A stretch of DNA of 64,000 nucleotides. It comes from Asterionella formosa (lineage: Eukaryota). The stretch is taken from contig NKIB01005371.1 of NCBI GenBank assembly GCA_002256025.1, positions 1 through 64,000 on the forward strand, in the 5' to 3' direction. A model generated the notes under the pieces. It saw nothing but the letters and a program-made list of their open reading frames with translations, did not search any database and was not told the origin of the DNA. Shown here in pieces: positions 49,096 through 58,773 of the stretch. The stretch's first letter is position 1. Each line of letters starts with the position of its first letter. Position numbers and translations under genes: made by a program.

Positions 49096-49806
49096 ATGCT
49101 GTACTCGGTGATCCTTCCCACTTACAACGAGCGTGAGAATTTGCCCATCATCTTCTTTTTGCTGGACAAGATGTTTGGCGACATGCAGCTCGACTACGAA
49201 GTCGTTATTGTCGACGATTCTAGTCCCGACAAGACGTTGGAAGTGGCACAAGCCATTCAAGCTTCCTTCGGAGAATCCAAAGTGGCCATTGTTTCTCGCA
49301 AAGGCAAACTGGGTCTTGGAAGCGCCTATTCAGCTGGCCTGGAGAAAGCCAAGGGAGATCGAGTCATTTTGATGGATGCGGATCTGTCGCACCACCCAAA
49401 GTTTATCCCGCGAATGATTCAGCTCATGGACTCGACCAAAAGCGACATTGTCACAGGATCACGCTATCGACCAGGTGGGGGAGTAGTGGGCTGGGATACC
49501 TTTCGAAAGCTCACGTCAAGGACAGCCAACTTTTTGGCGGATTTCATGTTAAATCCTCGCTGCTCCGATTTGACTGGGTCCTTCCGACTGTACGAACGAC
49601 AGGCGATTGAGACGATTCTTCCTCAAATCAAGTGCACGGGGTATGCCTTCCAGATGGAGATAATTGTTTTGGCAAGGCAACAAGGCATGAAAATTGCAGA
49701 AGTACCGATTGTTTTTGTGGACCGAATTTACGGAGAAAGCAAGCTCGGCACGAAGGAGATTGTTATGTATTTGAAGGGACTCTGGTCACTCTTTCTTTCC
49801 ACTTGA
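49096..49806 (+). CDS. DPM1: Dolichol-phosphate mannosyltransferase catalytic subunit
   Basis: [72 protein letters not shown]. Confidence 0.96.
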   Translation: MLYSVILPTYNERENLPIIFFLLDKMFGDMQLDYEVVIVDDSSPDKTLEVAQAIQASFGESKVAIVSRKGKLGLGSAYSAGLEKAKGDRVILMDADLSHHPKFIPRMIQLMDSTKSDIVTGSRYRPGGGVVGWDTFRKLTSRTANFLADFMLNPRCSDLTGSFRLYERQAIETILPQIKCTGYAFQMEIIVLARQQGMKIAEVPIVFVDRIYGESKLGTKEIVMYLKGLWSLFLST

Positions 49807-51073
49807 TACAACGAACTCATTTAAAGAGCATGAGGTAGTATCAATGATTTTCAGCTATTAACCGGTAACTCAATTAAAATAGAATGACGATCCAATCACT
49901 ACGGTACTGACCGTCTCGCCATAATCGATTCACGTTGCCGCTAATAACCAAGTCAGTGTGTTCACCATACGTTATTGAATTGGCTTGGCGTAACTACCAA
50001 CCTTAATGAGTGGTTCACATCACACAGACTCCACAAGGTTGCGATCCATGACAAATTACTACTACGAAGAAATAGTTTTAAGACTGGACTATATCAATAG
50101 TCCAGAACGAGCTTGGATATCATGTAGTAATCTAGGAGACAAAGCTCACTTTGGCTTGGAACAAACTCGGGATCATCATCGATATCATAATAAGAGAGAT
50201 TGCTCCTACACATTGAGAGTTTTCTTGTTCTGCTCTGTGACCCATTGAACACAGAATAAAATGTTTTGCTATTAAAACGAACATAAACGAAAATAAATTC
50301 TGACAGTTCTGGCTCCTTCCCGAGTATATAGGGTACCAGGTAGTCAGCTGTTCATATGTACTGGTAATAAGTTTGAGATTTCTTGGAGCAAGTTGTTCAT
50401 CTCGATAATGCCTGAAATGGTCAATCAACACTACTACTGGTAGTAAATTCTGCTGATTTGGATTTCATCAGAAATGACGCAACAGGTCGTGATTAGTGAC
50501 GAGAGTCGAGTGAGTCAGTGTGTCAGTGTTCTTTTGTGTTCGAGCGACTGTGCAAGTTGCGGCAAATGAGATTTTAGTAAAAACCTTCGTTAACTGCAAC
50601 TCCCCTCTGAAGTGATATTTAATTAAACACATGGATGAGGGGTGAGGCATTGCTTGTGCTTCATATATTTTTGTGGTGCACATGCTGTGTAAATGTAGTA
50701 CTAATGTGCTGTAAACTTTGCCAGTTGCAATAAGCACAGGAGTACATAAACCGATTTCTATAAAATTTAGAACAAAGAGTACCGGATATGTGTCCATTAC
50801 TTAGGAATGGAAAAGAGATACCCGGTACTTACTTTCATATGTGTACATGACGTGCTTTCTTGATGTCGTGGGTTTGATGACTCTTGTTATCGCATCATCC
50901 ATCGAACTGCACACCATCGTCACTCACAGTCGACAGTGAATTCTGACCTTCTTGGCCCGTTGCTCTTGGGGAAATTACTATAATTCCGGTTTTTAACAAA
51001 TTACTAGGAGTAGCAGTCACTTCCGCAACATAATCCCCACTCTTGTCGCATTTCTAGCCAAGGAACTCTCGTC

Positions 51074-52195
51074 ATGCTTTTCCTCGGCAGCTGGACGCTC
51101 GCAACCAAACTTGAACGGATGAGAGCGGCCGAAGCTCGGCTCGTTCACCTAGCAAAGCGATTCGGCGGTAGAGACCAAAAGGACTACACCATCGAGCTCT
51201 TCGATACCCCGATCCCGGCCGCTGTAGTTCCATTACAACGTCAAAGTGATGGGGAAGAGCTCACCATGCACGGTGTAAAATTGGTATCGGTCACGAATAA
51301 TGGCGCGACCCACTACCCCCTTGTTATGCTCCACGGCTACATGAATGGAGCCATGTACTTTTACCGGAACTTGGTAGGATTAACCAACCACTTTCCGACC
51401 ATTTATTCCTTGGATGCCCTCGGTTGGGGCTTGAGTTCGAGACCCAAGTGGTCTCTGAAGGACAATTCAATCACTACAGCTGAGGACTTTTTTGTCGAAA
51501 GCCTCGAGGCCTGGCGTAGCTACCATAACATTGAAAAGATGATTTTAGCTGGTCATTCCATGGGTGGTTACATTTCTGTGGCCTACTGCGAGCGATATCC
51601 GGAAAGAGTGGACCGCCTCATTCTTTTAAGTCCAGCAGGTGTCCCAGTGGAAAGCGACGAAAGGCAAAGAAACCGAGGTTCCTCCTTCCAACTATGGTTA
51701 TACAAGAGTTTCTTCGAGAATGGCCTCACTCCGTGCAGTGCCATGCGAACATTGCCGGAAAGAAAAGGTCGCTCCTATGTGTCAACGTACGTGGACAAGC
51801 GACTTCCTGCAATTACTGATAGTAGTGAAAAAGAAGCAGTAACAGACTATTTATACCTGAACATGGTGCTACCAGGAAGCGGGGAATACTGTCTCAACAG
51901 AATTCTCACTCCATTTGCCTTTGGCAAACAGCCGACTGTACATAGAATTCCGAGTCTGAAAGTCAAGCATGTAAGCTTCCTATATGGCGACGCAGATTGG
52001 ATGGACCCGGAAGGTGGCATGGAAGTGCAGCGTATTTGTGATCTTCGCCGCCTCCGAGGGAAAGACTGCCCTACCATCCAAGTTCACAAAGTCAAGAATG
52101 CTGGACATCTCCTGATGCTGGACAACTGGCACGATTTTAACTCGGCTGTAGCACTTTCTGGCGGACCACTTGTAGCGAACAGTGTGTCTTCTTAA
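51074..52195 (+). CDS. Alpha/beta hydrolase, ABHD4/ABHD5(CGI-58)/Cld1-like lipid hydrolase/acyltransferase
   Basis: LVMLHGY, GWGLSSRP, FFVESLEAWR, GHSMGGY nucleophile elbow, LLSPAG, YGDADWMD and C-terminal HLLMLD (HX4D). Confidence 0.9.
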   Translation: MLFLGSWTLATKLERMRAAEARLVHLAKRFGGRDQKDYTIELFDTPIPAAVVPLQRQSDGEELTMHGVKLVSVTNNGATHYPLVMLHGYMNGAMYFYRNLVGLTNHFPTIYSLDALGWGLSSRPKWSLKDNSITTAEDFFVESLEAWRSYHNIEKMILAGHSMGGYISVAYCERYPERVDRLILLSPAGVPVESDERQRNRGSSFQLWLYKSFFENGLTPCSAMRTLPERKGRSYVSTYVDKRLPAITDSSEKEAVTDYLYLNMVLPGSGEYCLNRILTPFAFGKQPTVHRIPSLKVKHVSFLYGDADWMDPEGGMEVQRICDLRRLRGKDCPTIQVHKVKNAGHLLMLDNWHDFNSAVALSGGPLVANSVSS

Positions 52196-53070
52196 TAGTT
52201 AACTAGGAAGAAATACGATTGGTGATCCGCATCATATTGTGTACATAAGCATTACAGCATAGTCGAATGCAATTTCAAAACTGCATACTTTTAAAGTTAT
52301 TTGTACTTTTCAAGATGTCCTACGAAAACTAAAAATCCTTGCTCTGCTACTACTTCAAACAGCAGCTTCTAGGCGAAGAAATTCAGTAATTCAGCGATGC
52401 AGTAGCCAAGTCAAAGCATGTAATCTAAGGAGGAACCTTATTCTTCATGACACAGACAATTACATATAGTCAATACACGATGCACATATGAGAGGAACTT
52501 CTACATTTGCAAGGACCACACACATTGAATAAAGTTAAACTGACCATAAATCAGCCCATAGATTATTGATACTAAATCCAAAACATAACAACTCATTACT
52601 ATACTCCATCCTCGAATCAAATGATGATATGCGGAAGAAATAATTCCTGAATATTTAATAAATCCATCGTTTATGTAGTATTAGCTAGTAGAAATTTCAA
52701 TAGTACTGTACTGCAAGGAGTGCATTGGAAACTGGGTAATGTCATTATTTCTTGAATTCCCTCATTTATTTGAATGACAAGAAATCATCCTTTCATCCTT
52801 TCTAATAGGCAGATGTTAACATTAGTTGAAAAAATTGCAGTCAATTAAAATGAAACTGGGGGGGGGGTAGCTAGGTAGTGCTAGTACCAGGAAGTGCGGA
52901 CAAGAGCAACAATTCAGCAAGTACAATAGTCAGTCAGCCAGGCAGGAAGAAGGAAATCGCTCACACCATATTCTTTATTCGTAGACTCCGTTTATGCCTA
53001 CTGGTATGTATCGAAAATTTATGATGTAGATACATACGCTGTACTACAGGCAGTTTCTATAAAATAATAC

Positions 53071-53180
53071 ACCGGTAATAAAAGCTCATCATGTGCTCTC
53101 TATGTGTACCAGGTACTTCATGCCGTCTGGATACGGTAATAGAGGTACCGGTAGTATCCTACCTGGTACCAGGTACCAGG
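53071..53180. promoter_or_regulatory. TACCWGGTA motif cluster upstream of the 53326 gene
   Basis: Palindrome TACCTGGTACCAGGTA (53160-53175), plus GGTACCGGTA and GTACCAGGTAC. Confidence 0.55.
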
Positions 53181-53325
53181 AGAACCTATGATCAGTATAA
53201 AGGACCACACATCACACATGAATGGGAATGCATGACGATAAAAAGGAAAGAACTCAAATAGCAAAGCAGGAAGAAAATAGGAGCAACAAACCATTCAACA
53301 TCGGTACATCAAAACAAACTCGATT

Positions 53326-53790
53326 ATGGACTACATGGCCGACGCGAATGCGGAAGATGACATTCCTGAAGTGCCTGATGCCGATACCTTCCAGCACGGA
53401 GAACTTATTTACTTTCTGACGCAATCTCAGGAAATGCGAAAGACGGCCAAGTCTGCTTTGAAGCAAGGGCTTTACGCCGGAGGCGGCGCCTTTGCAGGAG
53501 CTTTCCTTGGTGGTCCAGTCGGTGGCCTGGTTGGGGGAATCGCTGGATCTCTTATTGGATTCTTCAAGAGTGATGATTTCGATGGAGCTGTGTTGGCCAT
53601 TTCGAAAATCGAAGGCTCACGACGACATGCATTGCTGGAAGAAGTTGGGAAAGTGCTCATGGTAGCAGGGGCTACAAGTCAGCAGATCGCCTCCATGGAT
53701 TCTTTTCGATCTACTCTGTTGCAATATGCGGAGCACGATAGTGTACGTGATGGAATCTGGCAAGCCTGTTTGCATTCCATTCAATCGTGA
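53326..53790 (+). CDS. C19orf12/Nazo-like glycine-zipper membrane protein
   Basis: EMRKTAKSALKQGLYAGGGAFAGAFLGGPVGGLVGGIAGSLIGFFKSDDF parallels the C19orf12 core (MKAAVKHSGKGALVTG..AFVGGLVGGPPG..VGGAVGGLLG.W..SGQF) at similar length. Confidence 0.7.
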   Translation: MDYMADANAEDDIPEVPDADTFQHGELIYFLTQSQEMRKTAKSALKQGLYAGGGAFAGAFLGGPVGGLVGGIAGSLIGFFKSDDFDGAVLAISKIEGSRRHALLEEVGKVLMVAGATSQQIASMDSFRSTLLQYAEHDSVRDGIWQACLHSIQS

Positions 53791-53930
53791 AATGTGGAAA
53801 ATTGGAGCAAACAGACATGCTCCTGTAGGTTCGATTGATTTTCATTATTTTGGCTGTCCCACGACCATTTAACTAAACTATTTACACCATCTGAAAAGTC
53901 GACCTTGTACATCCTACGATCGCAAATCAT

Positions 53931-55130
53931 TTATACTTCATCACTTGGATCGTCCGGAAAATATTTTCTCATCACTTGTCCTCCGATGACACCTCCACAA
54001 AGACTCCCAAAAAAACGAGCTCCTGACTGCCCCGTGTACAAATAGGCACTTCCTTGGCGCAGCGCTGTTAGTGCAGACAGAACATTCGGTCCAAAGGTAC
54101 TACCCATAGATTTCGCGTCAACAGAAAAGTTGAATAGCGGATAAAGAAATAAGCAGATAATCCACCGAGGGACATTGTTGAGCGCAAATAATTCAGGAAG
54201 GACCAACATGGCCACTGTAAAGGCACAGGTGACAAATATCTCGCGAAAAAAGTCCTAATGACAGTTTTTTTTAAAGTCAGCGCATAGTTGCATTCGGGTA
54301 TAGGGACACGAGTGTGTGTCTAGCAAACGATATTTCAACTTACAATAATCCACAGATTCTTGTTTGAATACACAACAGGATCAAATGCTAATGACGATGC
54401 ACCATTTGACAATAAAAACTCCAATACCATCATGGTTGACAGAGTACACAAAAAATGGACTGGAATCACAACAAGTAACAGTTCTCGAACACTGTGATTT
54501 GATGGTCCTATACTGTTTGAGGGGATTCGTGGACATTGTTCATCAACACATATCAACAAAACTCACCTTATCCTGCCAATCATGGCTTCACAAATTCTAA
54601 GTGGGATGTTAGGAATTGATCCGAACCTGTCTCGAATGTAAAACAGTAACCTGTGCCGATTTACAAGGAGGAGCAAATCATCCAACAAAGTGGACGACAG
54701 TCAAAATTAGGCATTGCCCGTGACACGGATTAATCTCAAAACAGCTGGCTATTTGACAAAAAATGACTCACCACGGAGATGCATACACAAAGCCAGGAGC
54801 CATTAGTAGAGTTGCCTTGTGGGGGCCAATGCTCAGAATCCATCCAGCAACGATAGAAAGGACGATAAGGATATTCATCAGAAACTGTGACTCGCTTTCA
54901 TTTCTTGTCAAACCATCTTTTCGAAAGGCATCAATTCGAACCAAGGAACTTAATAATATTCGAAGGAAGGAACTAATCGCGGCCCAAATTGAAACGGATC
55001 TTGCTTCACGAAGGCCCAGTTCCAAGAGACTCGCGCTTTCCCTCCCGGGGAAATCGGATGAGCATTCCTCGGCTAGCGATGACGTAAACTGCTTGGCAAT
55101 GCCTGCATTTGCTTGCGTAGCATCGACCAT
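53931..55130 (-). CDS. Multi-exon polytopic membrane protein, possibly a divergent MIP/aquaporin (exon boundaries approximate)
   Basis: Hydrophobic ORF pieces at about 55130-54772, 54690-54570, 54540-54345 and 54255-53931 are separated by GT...AG segments. REIFVT, GSTFGPNV and GSLCGGVIGG resemble MIP C-terminal-half motifs. Confidence 0.55.
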
Positions 55131-55170
55131 CTCTGTTTTATGATCAAAATCTTTATGAGTAATGATAGCA

Positions 55171-55292
55171 GTACCTGGTACATGGTATATTGTTTGCCAT
55201 ATGTATGTATGAACAAGCAATTCCGGTATTCATGTATTGCATGACTTTTTTGACATTATACATACCGGTATACCGGTCGTTAGTACAGGTAT
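55171..55292. promoter_or_regulatory. Motif cluster upstream of the 55130(-) gene
   Basis: GTACCTGGTAC, TACCGGTATACCGGT, GTACAGGTATCC. Confidence 0.5.
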
Positions 55293-55930
55293 CCTCGTTC
55301 AAGACGTTGATGGACGGTGTGATAAGAATGATACATAATACATAATATGCACCCGTATGTTATCATGTATTCAGCAGTGATAAAGCCATTTTATAAAATG
55401 GGAACGACCGGCCCATAGAAATACTTCGCATGAAGCAGTCGAGGTTGAAACACAAATATTCTTGATTCCTGATTCCCAAAGTAGATGGCCACTTTATGAA
55501 GATATTAGAAAGTTAATCATTTTTATAGCACAAAATTACTGGTCTATTTCTATGTTCATTGTCATTGTGCTCCATGGCCTATTGTTGTTTTGGATCAGGT
55601 CCAGTCAATGTTCTGAAAAGCCAAAATGAATTATCCACCAAGCATTTACTCTGGCTTTGTATGCAGCCATCGATCAAGTTACTTACATTTACAAACGAAA
55701 TGTTTGATAATATCTAGTGTCCAGGACTCCGGATATTTAAATCCCAATGGATTCAAACTTGCTTCTCTGAAGCAGGTTGACATTCTTGCTGACATTGTGC
55801 AAGACAAGAAGAAGCTTGGTGTGCAGATGATTCAGTAAACAAAACTATCTTGAGTTATGATCATACTACTATATTAAATTATGTCATGCTCAAAACTTTG
55901 AAGACTGACAACAAACCAAAGTCTCTAGAC

Positions 55931-58250
55931 CAGACGAGGTCGGTGAAAGTATACTGCAAAGCAGTATACTGCAGTATTGGATACTGATACTGCTCCAGAC
56001 TCGGTATCAGTATACCAGTATACTGTCATTCTATATTCCAAATACCATACTGTTCCAAATTTTGGCCGACATACTGGTCTAGCTTGCCAGTATACTGCTA
56101 TGTAGGAATCTTACAGATAATCCGGCATGTCTTGTAAAGCATTGGAGAGCGAAATTCTGTTCAATGTTTGGCCTATTAAGTAACACCAAAATAGAAAAAA
56201 TCGGCATACACATTATAGAAAAATTAGCATTACTGTGTGCACATGGTGTGCACTATACAGTGTACACTGTAGATTTTTTCATTGCACACCATCACATCAT
56301 CATCACTAAATTACCACAAAAACTGCTAAATGCGCACAACCCTCATCAACCTCATCATGGCTTCAACTTTGTCAAGATTTGCCCAAAGAAACATGGTTGA
56401 TTTCTTTTTCAATGAGCATGATAGTCAAGGTGGAGGAGATACTTTGTGGAGGTGCAAGAAATGTCAACAAGACAAGAATAAGTCAGGGGGTTGGACAAAC
56501 CTGTTGGCGCATCTGAAGGCTTGCGTAGGACCAGAGTAGCAAGCTAAATACCACCTCTGTTTGAAGCAAAATGTTTTCTCTTCATTCACTCCTTCAGTTG
56601 GCAAACGAGAATCGGATATGCTCCATTGGATGGAGTGGGTAGTAGTCATGCGAAACATGCCACTAGCAGAAGTTGATAATAAAATCACATGCAAAGGGGT
56701 GCGCTATGGTGCTATCACCTCAAAGTTGCTTAGGAAAACGATTTTCTTGTTACAGTCAGAGGTAAAGACAAAGATTAAGGAGCAGCTGCCAAACCAGCTG
56801 GTGCTAGTTTTTGATGGATGGACAGAGGGGAATGAACATTTCATTGGAATTCATGAATCCAAAATTGATCCAATCAGCAACTTAGCCATTGAAACATTGT
56901 TGTCGATGCAGCCTCTAGTACTTGCTGAAGGAGTTAAGACCATGACTTCAGCAGACCGTGTCTGTCATATCACCAAGACTCTTACGCACTATGGGAAGAC
57001 AGTGGACAACATTGTTTGCCTTGCTGGAGACAGCTGCCCAGTGAATCAAAGCATGGCAAGAATTCTTGGAGTTCCTTTGATGGGGTGTGGCTTGCACAAG
57101 TTTAACCTAGCAATCAAGAATTGGGTGATGGAGCAGCCCAGTCTCCTTCGAATTATTATGAATCTAAGCATTTTGATGAAGAAGGCGGGAACGCTAAAAA
57201 CTCTGCAGCTTTAAGACAATACACTCCTCTTGTGACCATCACAGAAAATGTAACACGATGGTCATCTCAGTATACCATGATAAAACGTTTCTTTGAGATC
57301 AAGTTACACCTTGAGAGAGTCGATGCTCTTGCTTCTCTCGTGCTATCTTTTGTGGAAGTGAGAGAGTTGCAAACATCATTTCAGCACATGACAAAGTTCA
57401 ATCAAGTCACTGTAGCACTCCAGAGACAAGGAACTACATCCCTGCAAGTACGTGAAATATTTGATCATGTGCTTGAAGACTATCCTGATTTCAAAAAGTA
57501 CCTTGCCATTAATGCACATATTGTGCATGACAAATTGTTTGAGTTGGCTGTCATGAAGGTAACGAAAGGTGAAGAGCTGAATGCCGAAGAGAGCAAGAAA
57601 GTTGCAAAACTTAGGAAGACACATGCTGTACCTGCTGATGGTATGAGTAATGTTCCTCTGAAGAATATCCTGAAATTCAGATGGTGCAGCTGTTTCTTCA
57701 GAACACCAACAAAACTATGCAGATTTGATTCAGAAGAGAATGAAACAGCGCAAGCGTGCTGTCAGGTCCATCAATGAAAATTACATTTGTCTTGACCTCC
57801 TCCTTGGTACTTCTGTTAGTTGTGAAAGGCTCTTTTCCATTGCCAAGCACATTCTTACTTGTGTGAGGAAGTCAACATCACCTGCTGTGTTTGAAGCAAT
57901 CCTATTTCTAAAAATGAATAGACATTACTGGAATGAGGTTGTGGTCGGTAAAGCAATGGGTAGGACTATCACATTAGAGATGGATGATGATCAAGTAGAT
58001 TAACGTGATAGAACCAAAGCACTTAAGTAGCTGCCATGATTGCCTGCTGCATCCTTTGTTATTGGCCGAAAAAAATTTGCGCTGAGTGATGATAAGAATA
58101 CTACTTTGAAGTCAGTATCAGTATACTGGTATACTGTCATTTCAATATTGAAATACTTAACTGCTCGCCAAGTCAATATGGCATACCAGTATAGTGTCTT
58201 TCTCCAAAAAAGCCCGCAGTATTACTGCAGTATAATATCACTGACCTATG
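55931..58250 (+). mobile_element. hAT DNA transposon with an 8-bp TSD
   Basis: CTCTAGAC occurs at 55923-55930 and 58251-58258. Imperfect TIRs CA(GACG)AGGTCGGTGA / TCACTGACCTATG. Subterminal CAGTATACTG palindromes at both ends. Confidence 0.93.
56357..58003 (+). pseudogene. hAT transposase (BED finger, DDE, dimerisation domain), disrupted
   Basis: WRCKKC...GWTNLLAHL, FDGWTE, GDSCPVN, GCGLHKFNLA, NVTRWSS, SVSCERLFS. Stop at 56537-56539 and two frameshifts. Confidence 0.93.
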
Positions 58251-58773
58251 CTCTAGACTATCCTAATAGCTACCATGCAAATCTCATAAAACATAAAAGC
58301 TATCCTAGAAGCACATTGTGCCTTTTTTGGACACAAAATAGTACCACATCTCTTGGACATTCCAAGATCATACAGGACAACAGTAACCTATCTCCTTATC
58401 AGCTAACCCCCCTCCAATCCCATGCAAAGATTTGGATCATACCTTCCCTAGCCTGTAACAATATAAGAATGACTTGTCAGCCAACTTTCTCTGAAAAATC
58501 CATTCAAAATATGTTGACAAGGCAAGAGTTCATTTCATTACCAATTGTTGCTGTACAGAACAGATACTCTGAAACTACATACCCACATAGTAGCAGTGTT
58601 TTCACTTGTTCGCTTAATCATATTCTTATCAACCAAATACCAGTAGCAAAAATTTCAAAATTGTAGTAGCAGATTTGAATCATTGGTTGGAAATATGCAA
58701 TTCTCATCACTCTTCATAGTGGTAGCTAGTACTGTACCCCAAATTTTCAACAGAGATTGTCCAGCATTTGCAT

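Noticed and set aside
50049..50430. Possible solo LTR (TG...CA) containing the hairpin CTGGACTAT-ATCA-ATAGTCCAG (50084-50105)
   Set aside because: No matching TSD and no second copy in the window.
58040..58666. 208-aa ORF
   Set aside because: Starts at a non-ATG codon, runs through the hAT right TIR and TSD into flank, and has non-protein-like composition.
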